The notes under the pieces are model-generated. The model did no database searches, was not told the origin of the DNA, and worked only from the letters and a program-made list of their open reading frames with translations. DNA of 64,000 nucleotides from Eubacteriales bacterium. GTDB lineage: Bacteria; Bacillota; Clostridia; Oscillospirales; CAG-382. Below, piece by piece: positions 29,728 to 38,218 of the stretch. How positions within the stretch are numbered: the first letter of the stretch is position 1; every line of letters starts with the position of its first letter. The translations under genes and the position numbers were made by a program. The stretch covers positions 10,037 through 74,036 of the forward strand of contig JAZRUR010000007.1 of the NCBI GenBank assembly GCA_045652625.1, written 5' to 3'.

Positions 29728-31968
29728 TTAATCACCCTCGCTCCAACCGCAGTTATTCTTGCAATAATAAAACTCACGTGTTTTTTTCTTCAAAGCAGGA
29801 GCACCGCATTGAGGACACTTACGCTCGGTAGGAAGATCCCAAGAAGAAAATCCGCATTTCGGGTAATCTTCACACGCATAATAGGTCTTACGGCTCTTTG
29901 TCTGCTTTATCATAATACGTTTGCCGCAATCGGGACATGCGATTCCGCTGTCGCGGCGGTAAGGTATAGTCGTCTTGCAATCGGGATAGTTACGACAAGC
30001 AAAGAAGTTGCCGTGAGGTCCTTTGCGAAGAAGCATATCGCTTCCGCAGTTGGGACATTTTTCGTCCGCAAGTACCTCGGGCGATTTCTTTTCGTTCTCG
30101 CTTTGCTTTGCGGGTTCTGCATCAAGACGTTTTGTGTTACGGCAACGCGGATAGTTCGGACAAGCGGCGAATTTACCGTAACGTCCTGTTTTTTCTACCA
30201 TTATTGCTCCGCATTTTTCACACACAATGCCGGTTTCAACCTTAGGCAGTTCTACACGTTCACTTCCGAGCGTCTTCTCTGCTTCTTCAAGTTGAGCGCT
30301 GAAATGGCGGTAAAATTCTTGCAGTACCGAAATATACTCGGAAGTGCCGTCCTCTATCTTATCAAGGTCCTCTTCCATTTCTGCGGTAAATTCATAGTCA
30401 ACTATATGCGAAAACGCCTTTTTCATCGTTTCAGTAGTTATAACGCCCAAATCGGTAGGAACAAGGAATTTACCTTCGCGGCGGATATATCCGCGCGAAA
30501 TAATCGTTGTAATAGTTGCAGTATAGGTAGACGGTCTGCCTATACCTTTATCTTCAAGCACTTTAATAAGCGAACCTTCGGTAAATCTCGAGGGGGGTTG
30601 AGTAAACTTCTGCTCGGGATTTATCTCGGACGCGGTCAACACCTCGCCCTCAAAGAGTTCGGGGAGAGTGGACGAACTTTCTTCATCGCCGTTATCTTCG
30701 GAAATATCGCCGTAAACCGCCGCAAAACCTCTGAATCTGACCGAATGACCGTTTGCGCGGAAAACATAGCCGTTCGAAACGATATCGGCGGTGACGGTAT
30801 CGAGAAGTTCGGGCGACATCTGGGACGCGATAAAACGTTCCCAAATCAATTTATAAAGTTTATATTGGTCGTTCGTTACCTTTCCGCGAAGCGAATCGGG
30901 AGTTATTGTCGGGTCGGTAGGACGAATCGCCTCGTGCGCGTCCTGCGCGTTCTTTTTAAGTTTGTATTTATTGGGAACTTCGGGGTAATATTCCTTACCG
31001 TAATTCGAAAGTATCACGTTCTTAGCCGCTTCACGTGCCTCATCGGAGATACGCAAAGAGTCGGTACGCATATACGTAATAAGACCGTGTGTGCTTTTTT
31101 CGCCGATATTAACACCCTCGTACAGTTCCTGTGCGATAAGCATTGTTTTTTGCGACTGGAACGATAATTTACGGTTCGCCTCTTGCTGAAGCGTTGAGGT
31201 GATAAAAGGAGGCGCAGGGCGGCGTTGTTTGAGCGCACGTTTTACGCTTTCGACAGAAAAATTGTCTTTATTGATAGCGTCAAGTATTTCCCTTACTTCG
31301 GCTTCGTTTGACAGTTCAAGTTTCTTGCCGTCTTTTCCGTAATATTTCGCCTTGAAACTTTCGCCCTTTTCGGTCACAAATATAGCACCGATAACCCAAA
31401 ATTCCTCGGGAACGAATGCATTGATTTCCTGTTCGCGTTCAACAACGATTCTCGTCGCAACCGATTGAACACGTCCCGCAGAAAGACCGTTTTTGATGTG
31501 TTTCCACAAGAACGGACTTATCTTATAACCCACCAATCTATCAAGAATACGTCTTGTCTGTTGGCTGTTGACAAGATTCATATCTATATCGCGAGGGTGC
31601 TTTATAGCCTCTTTTACCGTATTTTTGGTTATCTCGTTAAACGTGATACGCTTTGTCTTTGCAGGGTCAAGCGCAAGAACGTTCGCAAGGTGCCAACTTA
31701 TAGCCTCGCCCTCTCTATCAGGGTCGGCTGCAAGGAAAACACGGTCGGCGGACTTCGCCTCTTTACGAAGTTCGTTTATAAGGTCGCCCTTGCCGCGAAT
31801 ATTGATATATTGCGGTTCAAAATCGTTTTCTATATCTATACCGAGTTTGCTCTTGGGAAGGTCGCGCACGTGGCCTTTAGACGACTTGACCTTATAGCCC
31901 TTGCCGAGAAAACTCTTGATTGTATTCGCCTTGTGAGGCGATTCGACGATTACAAGTGTGTTCATCAA
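29728..31968 (-). CDS. topA: DNA topoisomerase I
   Basis: 746 aa. TOPRIM (LVIVESPHKA, DPDREGE), catalytic Tyr region GLITYMRTDS, and four C-terminal Cys4 zinc ribbons. Confidence 0.97.
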   Translation of the reverse strand: MMNTLVIVESPHKANTIKSFLGKGYKVKSSKGHVRDLPKSKLGIDIENDFEPQYINIRGKGDLINELRKEAKSADRVFLAADPDREGEAISWHLANVLALDPAKTKRITFNEITKNTVKEAIKHPRDIDMNLVNSQQTRRILDRLVGYKISPFLWKHIKNGLSAGRVQSVATRIVVEREQEINAFVPEEFWVIGAIFVTEKGESFKAKYYGKDGKKLELSNEAEVREILDAINKDNFSVESVKRALKQRRPAPPFITSTLQQEANRKLSFQSQKTMLIAQELYEGVNIGEKSTHGLITYMRTDSLRISDEAREAAKNVILSNYGKEYYPEVPNKYKLKKNAQDAHEAIRPTDPTITPDSLRGKVTNDQYKLYKLIWERFIASQMSPELLDTVTADIVSNGYVFRANGHSVRFRGFAAVYGDISEDNGDEESSSTLPELFEGEVLTASEINPEQKFTQPPSRFTEGSLIKVLEDKGIGRPSTYTATITTIISRGYIRREGKFLVPTDLGVITTETMKKAFSHIVDYEFTAEMEEDLDKIEDGTSEYISVLQEFYRHFSAQLEEAEKTLGSERVELPKVETGIVCEKCGAIMVEKTGRYGKFAACPNYPRCRNTKRLDAEPAKQSENEKKSPEVLADEKCPNCGSDMLLRKGPHGNFFACRNYPDCKTTIPYRRDSGIACPDCGKRIMIKQTKSRKTYYACEDYPKCGFSSWDLPTERKCPQCGAPALKKKTREFYYCKNNCGWSEGD

Positions 31969-32008
31969 ATTATCTCCTTGATAGGTTTTCGCGTTTTATA
32001 TAATGTTT

Positions 32009-33211
32009 CTAAAATTTCGATGATATATATCTGCCGCCGGGAGAAGAAATTACACTTCCGTCAATCTCCATAAGCGTAAGTTCGGTCATAACGTCGGACA
32101 CCGATATATCGAGCCGTGCAGAAATCTCGTCGGCAGTAAGCGGGTTCGCGCCCCTTAAAAGCAACAGTATCCGTTCGGCGTTATCGGTAGAAAGCGTTTC
32201 TTCTTGGGTAAACGTCGGCATTTCTTTTACCGATTCGGTCTTTTCTATGTGTTCTGTATGTTTTTCTTTCTTTGTTGTCTTAACCACATTTCCGTAGGAA
32301 CGAAGATTTTCGGTGACAGACGGTTCATACGGATGAAGTGTTTTCGGATAAGACAGCGCAAGTGAAGCCAAAACATCGTAAGGTTCGGTCGCGGCAGGTA
32401 CTCCCGTCTTAATAAGCGTATTAGTTCCTGCATTTTCCGCACCGATAGCACCGGGTACTGCATAAAGTTGTTTGCCTTGAGAAATAGCGTAACGTGCGGT
32501 TATCAGCGCACCGCTATGCTCACCAGCCTCGGCAATAACGACCGTATCGCTTATACCGCTTATAATACGGTTACGATTCGGGAAATCGGCACGTGTACGT
32601 GGTGCGCCGGGATAAAGTTCGCTGATTACCAATCCGCGATTATAAAGCGTTTCAAACGCTTTTTCGTTTTCGCGCGGATAAATTTCGCCTATCGGATTAC
32701 CTAACACAGCAACAGTAAAACCGTCTGCCATGATCGCTCCGCGATGTGCCGCAGTATCAACACCTTTGGCAAGACCGCTTATGACATATGCTCCGCTTTT
32801 GGCGAAAGTATAGGCAAACTTTTCTGCCGTTTCCCTTCCGTAATCGGTCATCTTTCTTGTGCCGACTATCGCCACACAGGGAACGTCATTAAGATTCCTG
32901 AAATCTCCTATCGAATACAAAGCGACAGGAGGCGCGTTTATATTTCTTAAACGGTTCGGATAAAGTTCATCGTAATAACCCGTAATGCGTACGCCGAGCG
33001 CATCGCACTTTTTCATTACCTCGAACGCCGCAGACGTATCCTTGGTTTCAAGCCGTTTTATATACTTTTCTTTATCTTGTCCCAGAAAAGAAAAATTTTT
33101 GCAATTATATACGTCGGTGATACTGTCAAACCTTGAAAATATATCACCTGCAAGACGGCTGCAGATCCCGATCGCTTGTTGAAACCAAATATAGAGCACT
33201 TCTGTTTTCAT
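32009..33211 (-). CDS. dprA: DNA processing protein DprA
   Basis: GLAKGVDTAAHRGA motif. ATG at 33211 is preferred: it forms an ATGA overlap with the upstream stop and has GAGG 8 nt upstream. The ORF-track start is 33238. Confidence 0.9.
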   Translation of the reverse strand: MKTEVLYIWFQQAIGICSRLAGDIFSRFDSITDVYNCKNFSFLGQDKEKYIKRLETKDTSAAFEVMKKCDALGVRITGYYDELYPNRLRNINAPPVALYSIGDFRNLNDVPCVAIVGTRKMTDYGRETAEKFAYTFAKSGAYVISGLAKGVDTAAHRGAIMADGFTVAVLGNPIGEIYPRENEKAFETLYNRGLVISELYPGAPRTRADFPNRNRIISGISDTVVIAEAGEHSGALITARYAISQGKQLYAVPGAIGAENAGTNTLIKTGVPAATEPYDVLASLALSYPKTLHPYEPSVTENLRSYGNVVKTTKKEKHTEHIEKTESVKEMPTFTQEETLSTDNAERILLLLRGANPLTADEISARLDISVSDVMTELTLMEIDGSVISSPGGRYISSKF

Positions 33212-34023
33212 TCTCGGATACCTCGTCTTGCTTCCCAAAGAAGCATCGAAGCAGCAGAAGCGGCATTAAGGCTTTCGGTTCTGCCCGACATGGGGATTAT
33301 GGCAGTCATATCACAAGTCGAAATAACCTCATCTGTAAGACCTTGTCCTTCATTGCCGACAACAAAACAATCTCCGTTTTGTATTTCAAATTCACCCAAC
33401 ACATGCGCTTTTTCGTTAAGTGCAGATGCAATAACGCGTTTTCCGCAGTTTTGAAGCGATTTTATCGCAGAAATCGTATCGGAACAGATATAAATATCGT
33501 TCATAAACAAAGCGCCCATTGTTGCTCTAACCGTTTTTGCCGAATATACGTCAGCACAGTTGCCGCACAAAAGCACATCGCAACCCATTGCCGCCGCAGT
33601 ACGAATGACCGTACCGACATTTCCGTTATCCTGCAAGTCGACAAGCATAACCGAATTGCCGTTCATCTTTTTGGGAAATTCGTCCATGCTTATATCTTTT
33701 CCCACAAACCTAACGTTATCAAGATACCGAGAAACGGTGAATATTCCTTGAGGTGCTTTTTCATCGGTAATTTTATCATATACCGATGAAGTAACTTCAT
33801 ACACTTCGCATCCCGAACTTTCCAAAAGACCCGAATATCTGTTTATTACATCTTCACGCACAAACAGCGACATGGGGTTTTTACCCGAACGAAGATATTC
33901 TTCCAAAAGATGAACACCCTCGAAATAGAAAAGTTTTTCCTTTTCCCTTTCGTGTCTGTCGCCCAAGGCAGTCATATTTTTTATGGTTGGATTATTACGC
34001 GATTCTATTCGTTTCATAGTCAT
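33208..34023 (-). CDS. TrmH/SpoU-family RNA 2'-O-methyltransferase
   Basis: 271 aa with SpoU motifs (NVGTVIRTAAAMG, VVGNEGQGL, IPMSGRTESLNA). Confidence 0.85.
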   Translation of the reverse strand: MTMKRIESRNNPTIKNMTALGDRHEREKEKLFYFEGVHLLEEYLRSGKNPMSLFVREDVINRYSGLLESSGCEVYEVTSSVYDKITDEKAPQGIFTVSRYLDNVRFVGKDISMDEFPKKMNGNSVMLVDLQDNGNVGTVIRTAAAMGCDVLLCGNCADVYSAKTVRATMGALFMNDIYICSDTISAIKSLQNCGKRVIASALNEKAHVLGEFEIQNGDCFVVGNEGQGLTDEVISTCDMTAIIPMSGRTESLNAASAASMLLWEARRGIRE

Positions 34024-34077
34024 CCAAAATCCAACCCCAAAAATCTATGATTTTCGGGGTGCCTTACAAATAAAAAT

Positions 34078-34112
34078 TCCGTACTATATAATATATATAA
34101 TAATAGTACGGA
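34078..34112 (-). terminator. intrinsic terminator after prmC
   Basis: TCCGTACTAT/ATAGTACGGA 10-bp stem around an AT-only loop, followed on the minus strand by AATTTTTATTT. Confidence 0.65.
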
Positions 34113-34136
34113 TTTTCATTATTGTCAATAACGTAT

Positions 34137-34985
34137 TTAATATTTTTTTGCTACAAGTATTCTATCTATCTTTCCGTAATCACGCAAAACCGCTACATCG
34201 AAACCGCTTTCGTGCAAAATACGCGAAACATCTTCGCACTGACCAATACCTATCTCGTAGATAAGTATTCCGTCTTTTTTAAGAATATGCGGAACCAAAG
34301 CAGTAACGGTTCTGTAATACCTAAGCCCGTCCTCGCCGCCGTCAAGTGCCGTTTCGGGTTCGAACCCTACCTGCGGACTTAAGGTGCGTATGTCATCGGT
34401 CGGGATATACGGAGGATTGCATATAACCATATCAAGCGGACGTTCTATTATCGAAGCAAGGTCTATATAGTCGTCCTCGTCAAGCGCATCAAAGCGTCTT
34501 ACAGACACATTTTTCTGCTCTGCAAGATTTTTTTCGGTGTACGGCAACGCCTTTAACGAAAGTTCAAGCGCATAACCGCTGACTGTCGGTTTTTCTGCTG
34601 CGATTGCTTTTGCAATACAGCCGCTTCCGCTGCATATATCGGCAAAAAGGTCGCCGTCTTTAAGCAGACCGAGCGCCGCCTTTACGCCTATCTCGGTATC
34701 GCTTCTCGGAATAAAAACTCCGTCACCGACGTGTATCTCATGTCCGTAAAAATTACATTTTCCAAGCACGTACTGCAACGGTTTTCCAAGCGAAAGTTCG
34801 AAAACCGCGCCGCTTATAAACGGGTCGATAGAACGCGAAACTTCATCATCAAGGTGCGCCAAAAGGTGTCCGCGTTCGGTATTAAGAGCCTCGCAAAGAA
34901 GCATATCGGCGATAACATCTCCCTCATCGGGCGATATTTCGGCAAGCATCTCGCGAAGTTTGGTTCTGTACTGTTTAAGCGTCAA
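34137..34985 (-). CDS. prmC: release-factor glutamine methyltransferase PrmC
   Basis: NPPY motif (VICNPPYIP) and SAM motif (DICSGSGCIA). Start probably TTG at 34985, which overlaps the DUF1385 stop by about 10 nt; the ORF-track start of 35042 gives a 68-nt overlap. Confidence 0.88.
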   Translation of the reverse strand: MTLKQYRTKLREMLAEISPDEGDVIADMLLCEALNTERGHLLAHLDDEVSRSIDPFISGAVFELSLGKPLQYVLGKCNFYGHEIHVGDGVFIPRSDTEIGVKAALGLLKDGDLFADICSGSGCIAKAIAAEKPTVSGYALELSLKALPYTEKNLAEQKNVSVRRFDALDEDDYIDLASIIERPLDMVICNPPYIPTDDIRTLSPQVGFEPETALDGGEDGLRYYRTVTALVPHILKKDGILIYEIGIGQCEDVSRILHESGFDVAVLRDYGKIDRILVAKKY

Positions 34986-36117
34986 GATTAGCCTCCTGCG
35001 AAGAAATTTCGGTCGTGTTTTCAGTCGATTCTTCAACCGCACCTACTACGGTTGAACCGTCAATAGGTTCTACGGCCTCTTCTTCGGTTTTTGATTCTTC
35101 CATTTGGGCAAGGCATTCTTCATAGAAACCTTCGAAATCATCGGGAAGAGCGCACTTAAGCGCAGTTATACCCACTTCGATGATATCGTCGGACGGTTCA
35201 CGCGTGGTGAGATTCTGCATCCAAAGACCGGGTTTTGCAAGAATACGTATAACCGCATTGTCGTGTCTACCCGCGTAGCGTATAAACTCATAACCGATAC
35301 CGACAGTAATAGGCAATAACGCAATTTTAAGCAAACTGCGAAGCCATACCGTTTCGACAGCCCAAAGGAAAATAATACCGACCGCGATAGAAAGAATTAT
35401 CATCGCGAACATAAACGAAGTGCCGCAACGGGGGTGAAAACGGGACTGCTTCTTTACGTTTTCGACATTAAGTTCAAGACCCGCCTCGTAACAGTAAATA
35501 CTTTTATGTTCCGCGCCGTGATACATATAAACGCGTTTCATATCGGGGATAAGACCTGTAAGCCAGATATAAATAATAAAAATAATAACTTTAAGCACAC
35601 CCTCGATAATATTACGCCAAATAGTCTGCGAAGCACCGTAAACAGACATAACGTCCTCTACGATAAACCCGCCGATAAGCGTAGGAAGGAATATAAACAA
35701 ACACACCGAGAGCAACACGCCCAATATCACAGAAATGACAGAAATGACAGAAATAAGCCACTTTCCGCAATGTTCGTTTATCCATTTATCGACTTTGGAT
35801 TCTTCTTCCTCCGCGCTATCAAGACCGAGCATATCGGTTCCTTGAGTTATTGTGGAAAATGAAAGTATCATTGATTCCACAAAATTAACAACTCCGCGGA
35901 TCATAGGCCATTTCAAAAACTTATATTTATCGGATATCGACTTATTACTCTTGCGCGAAACAGATATTTTTTTATTATCCATTCGTCTTACGGCAATAGC
36001 GGTATGTTTTTTGCCGCGCATCATTACTCCCTCTACGATCGCCTGTCCGCCGACAGCACCGCGACGCGATGCGATATCGCAGGAGTTGTTTTGTTGAAGA
36101 TTGTTATTTTCGCTCAT
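34975..36117 (-). CDS. DUF1385-family membrane protein
   Basis: 380 aa. GGQAIVEGVMMRG N-terminus, HGAEHK motif and several TMs, in the usual position upstream of prmC in Firmicutes. Confidence 0.8.
   Translation of the reverse strand: MSENNNLQQNNSCDIASRRGAVGGQAIVEGVMMRGKKHTAIAVRRMDNKKISVSRKSNKSISDKYKFLKWPMIRGVVNFVESMILSFSTITQGTDMLGLDSAEEEESKVDKWINEHCGKWLISVISVISVILGVLLSVCLFIFLPTLIGGFIVEDVMSVYGASQTIWRNIIEGVLKVIIFIIYIWLTGLIPDMKRVYMYHGAEHKSIYCYEAGLELNVENVKKQSRFHPRCGTSFMFAMIILSIAVGIIFLWAVETVWLRSLLKIALLPITVGIGYEFIRYAGRHDNAVIRILAKPGLWMQNLTTREPSDDIIEVGITALKCALPDDFEGFYEECLAQMEESKTEEEAVEPIDGSTVVGAVEESTENTTEISSQEANLDA
35729..35755. repeat. 3 x 9-nt in-frame tandem repeat inside the DUF1385 gene
   Basis: ACAGAAATG ACAGAAATG ACAGAAATA on the plus strand, which encodes ISVISVISV within a TM segment. 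Confidence 0.9.
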
Positions 36118-36134
36118 TATATCCTCACTTCCGG

Positions 36135-36163
36135 TTGATTTTCTTTCGAAAATGTATTATACT
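36135..36163 (+). promoter_or_regulatory. candidate sigma-A promoter of the RNHCP gene
   Basis: TTGATT (36135-36140), 17 nt, TATACT (36158-36163). Confidence 0.4.
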
Positions 36164-36229
36164 ATATAAAAATCAAAATGAAAACCCCTTTTTATAAATT
36201 TTAACATTGTTTTAACGAGAAAAACCTTT

Positions 36230-36559
36230 ATGGAAAACAAAATTTTTACTAAAAACGACAGCGGATTCATTTGCGGACACTGCGGAAAAGAAGTTCCGCC
36301 GCTTGGTTACAGTTCGCGTAACCATTGCCCTTTTTGTCTTTATTCCAAACACGTCGACGTAAATCCCGGCGACCGAGCCGCGGAATGCGGTGCGATGATG
36401 CGCCCGAGCGCAGTTACGGTAAACTCGAAAAAGGGTTTTATTATTACTCACAAATGCACAAAATGCGGTGCGGAGAGGAATAATAAAATGCAGTCCGATG
36501 ACGATACCGCATTGTTGATAAAACTGACCAACCCCTATAATTTGGAGGAATATAAATGA
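36230..36559 (+). CDS. RNHCP-domain zinc-ribbon protein
   Basis: 109 aa with CGHCG...SSRNHCPFC...HKCTKCG, i.e. a literal RNHCP motif and three CxxC pairs. Confidence 0.75.
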   Translation: MENKIFTKNDSGFICGHCGKEVPPLGYSSRNHCPFCLYSKHVDVNPGDRAAECGAMMRPSAVTVNSKKGFIITHKCTKCGAERNNKMQSDDDTALLIKLTNPYNLEEYK

Positions 36560-37608
36560 CAAACGAAACAAAAGAAAAAGCAACAAAGGACAAGGGCGCG
36601 TCTTTATATTCCGTCAAACTCTTGCTTGTTGTCGCGTTGGCTTTTATCGCCGCTATAACGTTTCGCCGTTCGGCAGGAATCATTGCGATGACTCCGATTT
36701 CGCTTTTGATGTGCGCCGCTGCCGCTTTTATAGGAATAAGTACATTGGCGAAATGCTCGATTTTCGGAATTACCGTTTTCGCAATAAACACTATCGAAAA
36801 CGACGACATAAATGTCGCAATAATGTTTTCTGCATTATGTCTACTTGCAATAGCCGTCTTCAGTCTGGCTGTCCAGACAGTAAAAAAGGGCAAAAAGTAC
36901 GGATATTCGATTGGCATTATCGGCGTTATAGTTTGCATCGGTCTGAACATCTTTTTTGTAGGAAACCCTTTCACAGCCATTAAAGCAAAGGACAAAATAA
37001 CGTCATACACCGATGTGACGTACCCTCAGAGCGAAAACGCATATTTAGGCAATTTCGAGTTTTCGAAAATATATTACCGCTACGACACAAAAGCGTATGT
37101 TATTGATGCCGTAAGCGACAAATATCCTACCGAGGGCGCATCGTTAACGTTAGGTAACGAAGTCATCCGCGACGGCTTTAAATCGCTCATGGAAGAAAAA
37201 CTCAGCGAACCGTATGTCCTTGATATCAAAAGCGTTTTGCGAGATAAATTCCCCAACGACAGTTTTTCGGTAACCTTCGACGGATTCGCGTCCCTCCCCG
37301 ACGATCCTATCCTTGCATCGGGCACAGGCGAACTCAAAAACAACCTTTATTACGAAATAACATTAGGCGGTGTACAGACCGGCGAACAGATGAGAGAACG
37401 TGTGCGCGACTATGTGAACGCACTTGACGAATCGGGTGTCGGATACGCGAAACTGGTGTTTGTAAGCGGTATAGGAAATTGGCAAAGACGTTATGTTTCG
37501 ATCGACCCGAACCACATAACGGACCGTGTGCAGTTCGATGTTAAGTTTGTAAGTAAAGATACTTACAACGGCTTCAACCGATATTTGGAAAAAGTAATTT
37601 TCGATTAA
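36556..37608 (+). CDS. hypothetical polytopic membrane protein with soluble C-terminal domain
   Basis: 350 aa. The ATG overlaps the RNHCP stop (ATGA). About 5 TM helices in the first 145 aa, then a roughly 200-aa hydrophilic domain. No family recognised. Confidence 0.65.
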   Translation: MTNETKEKATKDKGASLYSVKLLLVVALAFIAAITFRRSAGIIAMTPISLLMCAAAAFIGISTLAKCSIFGITVFAINTIENDDINVAIMFSALCLLAIAVFSLAVQTVKKGKKYGYSIGIIGVIVCIGLNIFFVGNPFTAIKAKDKITSYTDVTYPQSENAYLGNFEFSKIYYRYDTKAYVIDAVSDKYPTEGASLTLGNEVIRDGFKSLMEEKLSEPYVLDIKSVLRDKFPNDSFSVTFDGFASLPDDPILASGTGELKNNLYYEITLGGVQTGEQMRERVRDYVNALDESGVGYAKLVFVSGIGNWQRRYVSIDPNHITDRVQFDVKFVSKDTYNGFNRYLEKVIFD

Positions 37609-37614
37609 TTATGT

Positions 37615-37657
37615 AAACCTCTTGGGTGTTTTTTGAAAAAACGCGCAAGAGGTTTTT
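37615..37657 (+). terminator. strong intrinsic terminator after the membrane-protein gene
   Basis: AAACCTCTTG (37615-24) pairs with CAAGAGGTTT (37646-55). The inner T6/A6 extension lengthens the stem, which is followed by a T-run. Confidence 0.8.
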
Positions 37658-37662
37658 ATAAT
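37633..37662 (+). promoter_or_regulatory. candidate sigma-A promoter of mazF, nested in the upstream terminator
   Basis: TTGAAA (37633-38), 18 nt, TATAAT (37657-62). The -35 hexamer lies in the apical part of the terminator hairpin. Confidence 0.45.
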
Positions 37663-37735
37663 ATTGCGCAATGTTGGCAACACTATCCATGGAAGTGAAT
37701 TTTACATATACTTACATCAGAAGGAGTGTTCAACA

Positions 37736-38131
37736 TTGAAGATACAAAACGGCGAAGAAAGTATACGCCGAGGGGACATATATTATGCCGATTTAAGTCC
37801 GGTAGTCGGCTCTGAACAGGGTGGTGTACGTCCCGTACTGATAGTGCAAAACGATATGGGAAACAAATACAGTCCGACAGTCATTGCCGCCGCAATAACG
37901 AGCCGCACGGGAAAAACCAAACTGCCGACTCACATTGAAGTTTCTGCAGATGCACCGATATCGGGCGACGGAAACTGCGGACTGGCGAAAAACTCGGTAA
38001 TATTGCTTGAACAGATACGAACGATAGATAAACGACGTCTTAAGGAACGCATGGGAAAACTTGATGACCGTACAATGCAACAAGTAGACAGCGCAATAGG
38101 TATAAGTTTTGGTTTGGGGAGAACGTTTTAA
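37736..38131 (+). CDS. mazF: MazF/PemK-family endoribonuclease toxin (EndoA/NdoA-like)
   Basis: [29 protein letters not shown]...KLPTHIEV...[19 protein letters not shown] start at 37736 with GAAGGAG 9 nt upstream. The ORF-track start (37664) lies upstream of the predicted transcription start. Confidence 0.9.
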   Translation: MKIQNGEESIRRGDIYYADLSPVVGSEQGGVRPVLIVQNDMGNKYSPTVIAAAITSRTGKTKLPTHIEVSADAPISGDGNCGLAKNSVILLEQIRTIDKRRLKERMGKLDDRTMQQVDSAIGISFGLGRTF

Positions 38132-38158
38132 CCCTATTTTGCCCCCAAAAATACAACA

Positions 38159-38194
38159 AAAGGTGTTTTCGCAAATTCAAGCGAAAACACCTTT
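38159..38194. terminator. bidirectional intrinsic terminator
   Basis: Perfect 14-bp stem AAAGGTGTTTTCGC/GCGAAAACACCTTT with an 8-nt loop, between convergent mazF and the surface-protein gene. Confidence 0.8.
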
Positions 38195-38218
38195 ATCTTT
38201 ATTACTTATATTGATTTT

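Noticed and set aside
29809-31167. A 452-aa ORF on the plus strand, entirely inside topA (antisense).
   Set aside because: Its codon position 1 coincides with position 3 of the topA codons, so its stop codons could only arise from sense codons TTA, CTA or TCA, which this gene (and this genome's usage of CTT/CTC/TTG and TCG/TCC) largely avoids. The sense strand has unmistakable TopA motifs. The antisense product is R/F/C-rich with no recognisable domain and no SD. It is a classic shadow ORF.
34035-34059. A second hairpin (CCCCAAAAATC/GATTTTCGGGG, one mismatch) in the leader of the trmH-family gene, considered as a riboswitch or attenuator.
   Set aside because: The 113-nt intergenic region is too short and too simple for a known riboswitch class. 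No conserved motif is recognisable, and it is probably just part of the prmC terminator/promoter region.
36212-37010. Minus-strand ORFs of 124 and 188 aa opposite the RNHCP and membrane-protein genes.
   Set aside because: The plus-strand genes have a literal RNHCP motif, an ATGA coupling and TM periodicity. The minus-strand ORFs lack an RBS and cross the gene junction.
37671-37739. A 22-codon ORF in the mazF leader, considered as a candidate micro-antitoxin.
   Set aside because: It has no SD, would begin at or before the predicted transcription start, is far shorter than any MazE/EndoAI-type antitoxin, and has no recognisable fold. It is kept only as a note within the mazF finding.
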